A stretch of 63,832 nt of DNA, the filler included, from Choristocarpus tenellus KU-1152 (lineage: Eukaryota > Protista > Phaeophyceae), in the NCBI GenBank assembly GCA_964200185.2. It is 13 parts of 13 records of this genome, joined end to end, with 100 filler letters (N's around TTAATTAATTAA, not from the genome) between each part and the next. Parts side by side here need not be neighbours in the genome. Positions count along the whole stretch, not along the records: positions 60,478 to 63,832 come from CAXNAD020020583.1; 12 more parts are not named here. One strand, 5' to 3'. Positions 63,301 to 63,832 of this stretch are shown piece by piece. The notes under the pieces are model-generated. The model was not told the DNA's origin, did not search any database, and saw only the letters and a program-made list of their open reading frames with translations. A program made the position numbers and the translations under genes. Position 1 is the stretch's first letter; every line of letters begins with the position of its first letter.

Positions 63301-63832
63301 ACTAAGATGATTGATATGGTTGTGTATATTGTGTAGTGTCTGTCTGAATGCAGGGTGTTGCTTTTTTTTCTGTTTTATTATTTTGGGAATGGACTGGACT
63401 GATGACATGTCTATGTTTTAACAAGTTTTCGCTCCTCCCATAAACTAAAGTATATTTTATCCTATTCCCCTTTCACGTTTTGTAGATAATACATTGGTAG
63501 AGAGTGTTATCTCTCTCTATCTATCTATCTATATATATATATGAGTTTTCATTGGTTTCCCCCTGACAAATCTGCAAAATGTCAGAGGGCATAATAATAA
63601 TATATATATATATGTATATTTCTCTACTCGAAATAAGAAAACTGTTACTACCACTAGCTCTCATCATGCTCGCATGTCTTCTTCTCATGTATGCGATCGA
63701 GTCATATGAAGTTCGTTTAGCTCAATCATCCCAATTTGCACATAATAGATAGGCAGGCACCAAAGGTGTTGGGAGTCGGCTACTTTGACCCCCTTTTTCC
63801 CCCTGAAGAGCTTTTGCTACTTGTCTGTCCTC

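Overview
Eukaryotic genomic DNA, intron-rich and TE-rich. Gene and TE content suggests a stramenopile, probably a brown alga; this is inference, not proven. The window is not contiguous: it is 13 contigs joined by 12 artificial 100-bp linkers (N44-TTAATTAATTAA-N44), so adjacency across linkers has no biological meaning. Spliced genes reconstructed by hand, all partial: BRCA2 DNA-binding region (-), an ankyrin-repeat protein (-), a membrane-anchored formylglycine sulfatase (-), a Patched/NPC1-family sterol-sensing protein (+), a very divergent dynein heavy chain-like gene (+), and a possible SGNH/GDS esterase (+). Mobile DNA includes a decayed Ty3/Gypsy integrase split by a solo LTR, two Ty1/Copia remnants and another solo LTR. 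There are also two related, very abundant MITE families (A, ~257 bp, 11 copies or fragments; B, poly-G, 10 copies or fragments) sharing an NNNNN-AAAGTATCT terminus. Best leads: self-nesting of MITE A into a near-identical copy of itself, common ancestry of A and B, a CpG-to-TpG/CpA decay signature in the MITEs, and an unidentified intronless pseudogene cluster at 70-4027. No CRISPR array, rRNA or convincing tRNA was found, and no clear-cut new multi-gene system is demonstrated.
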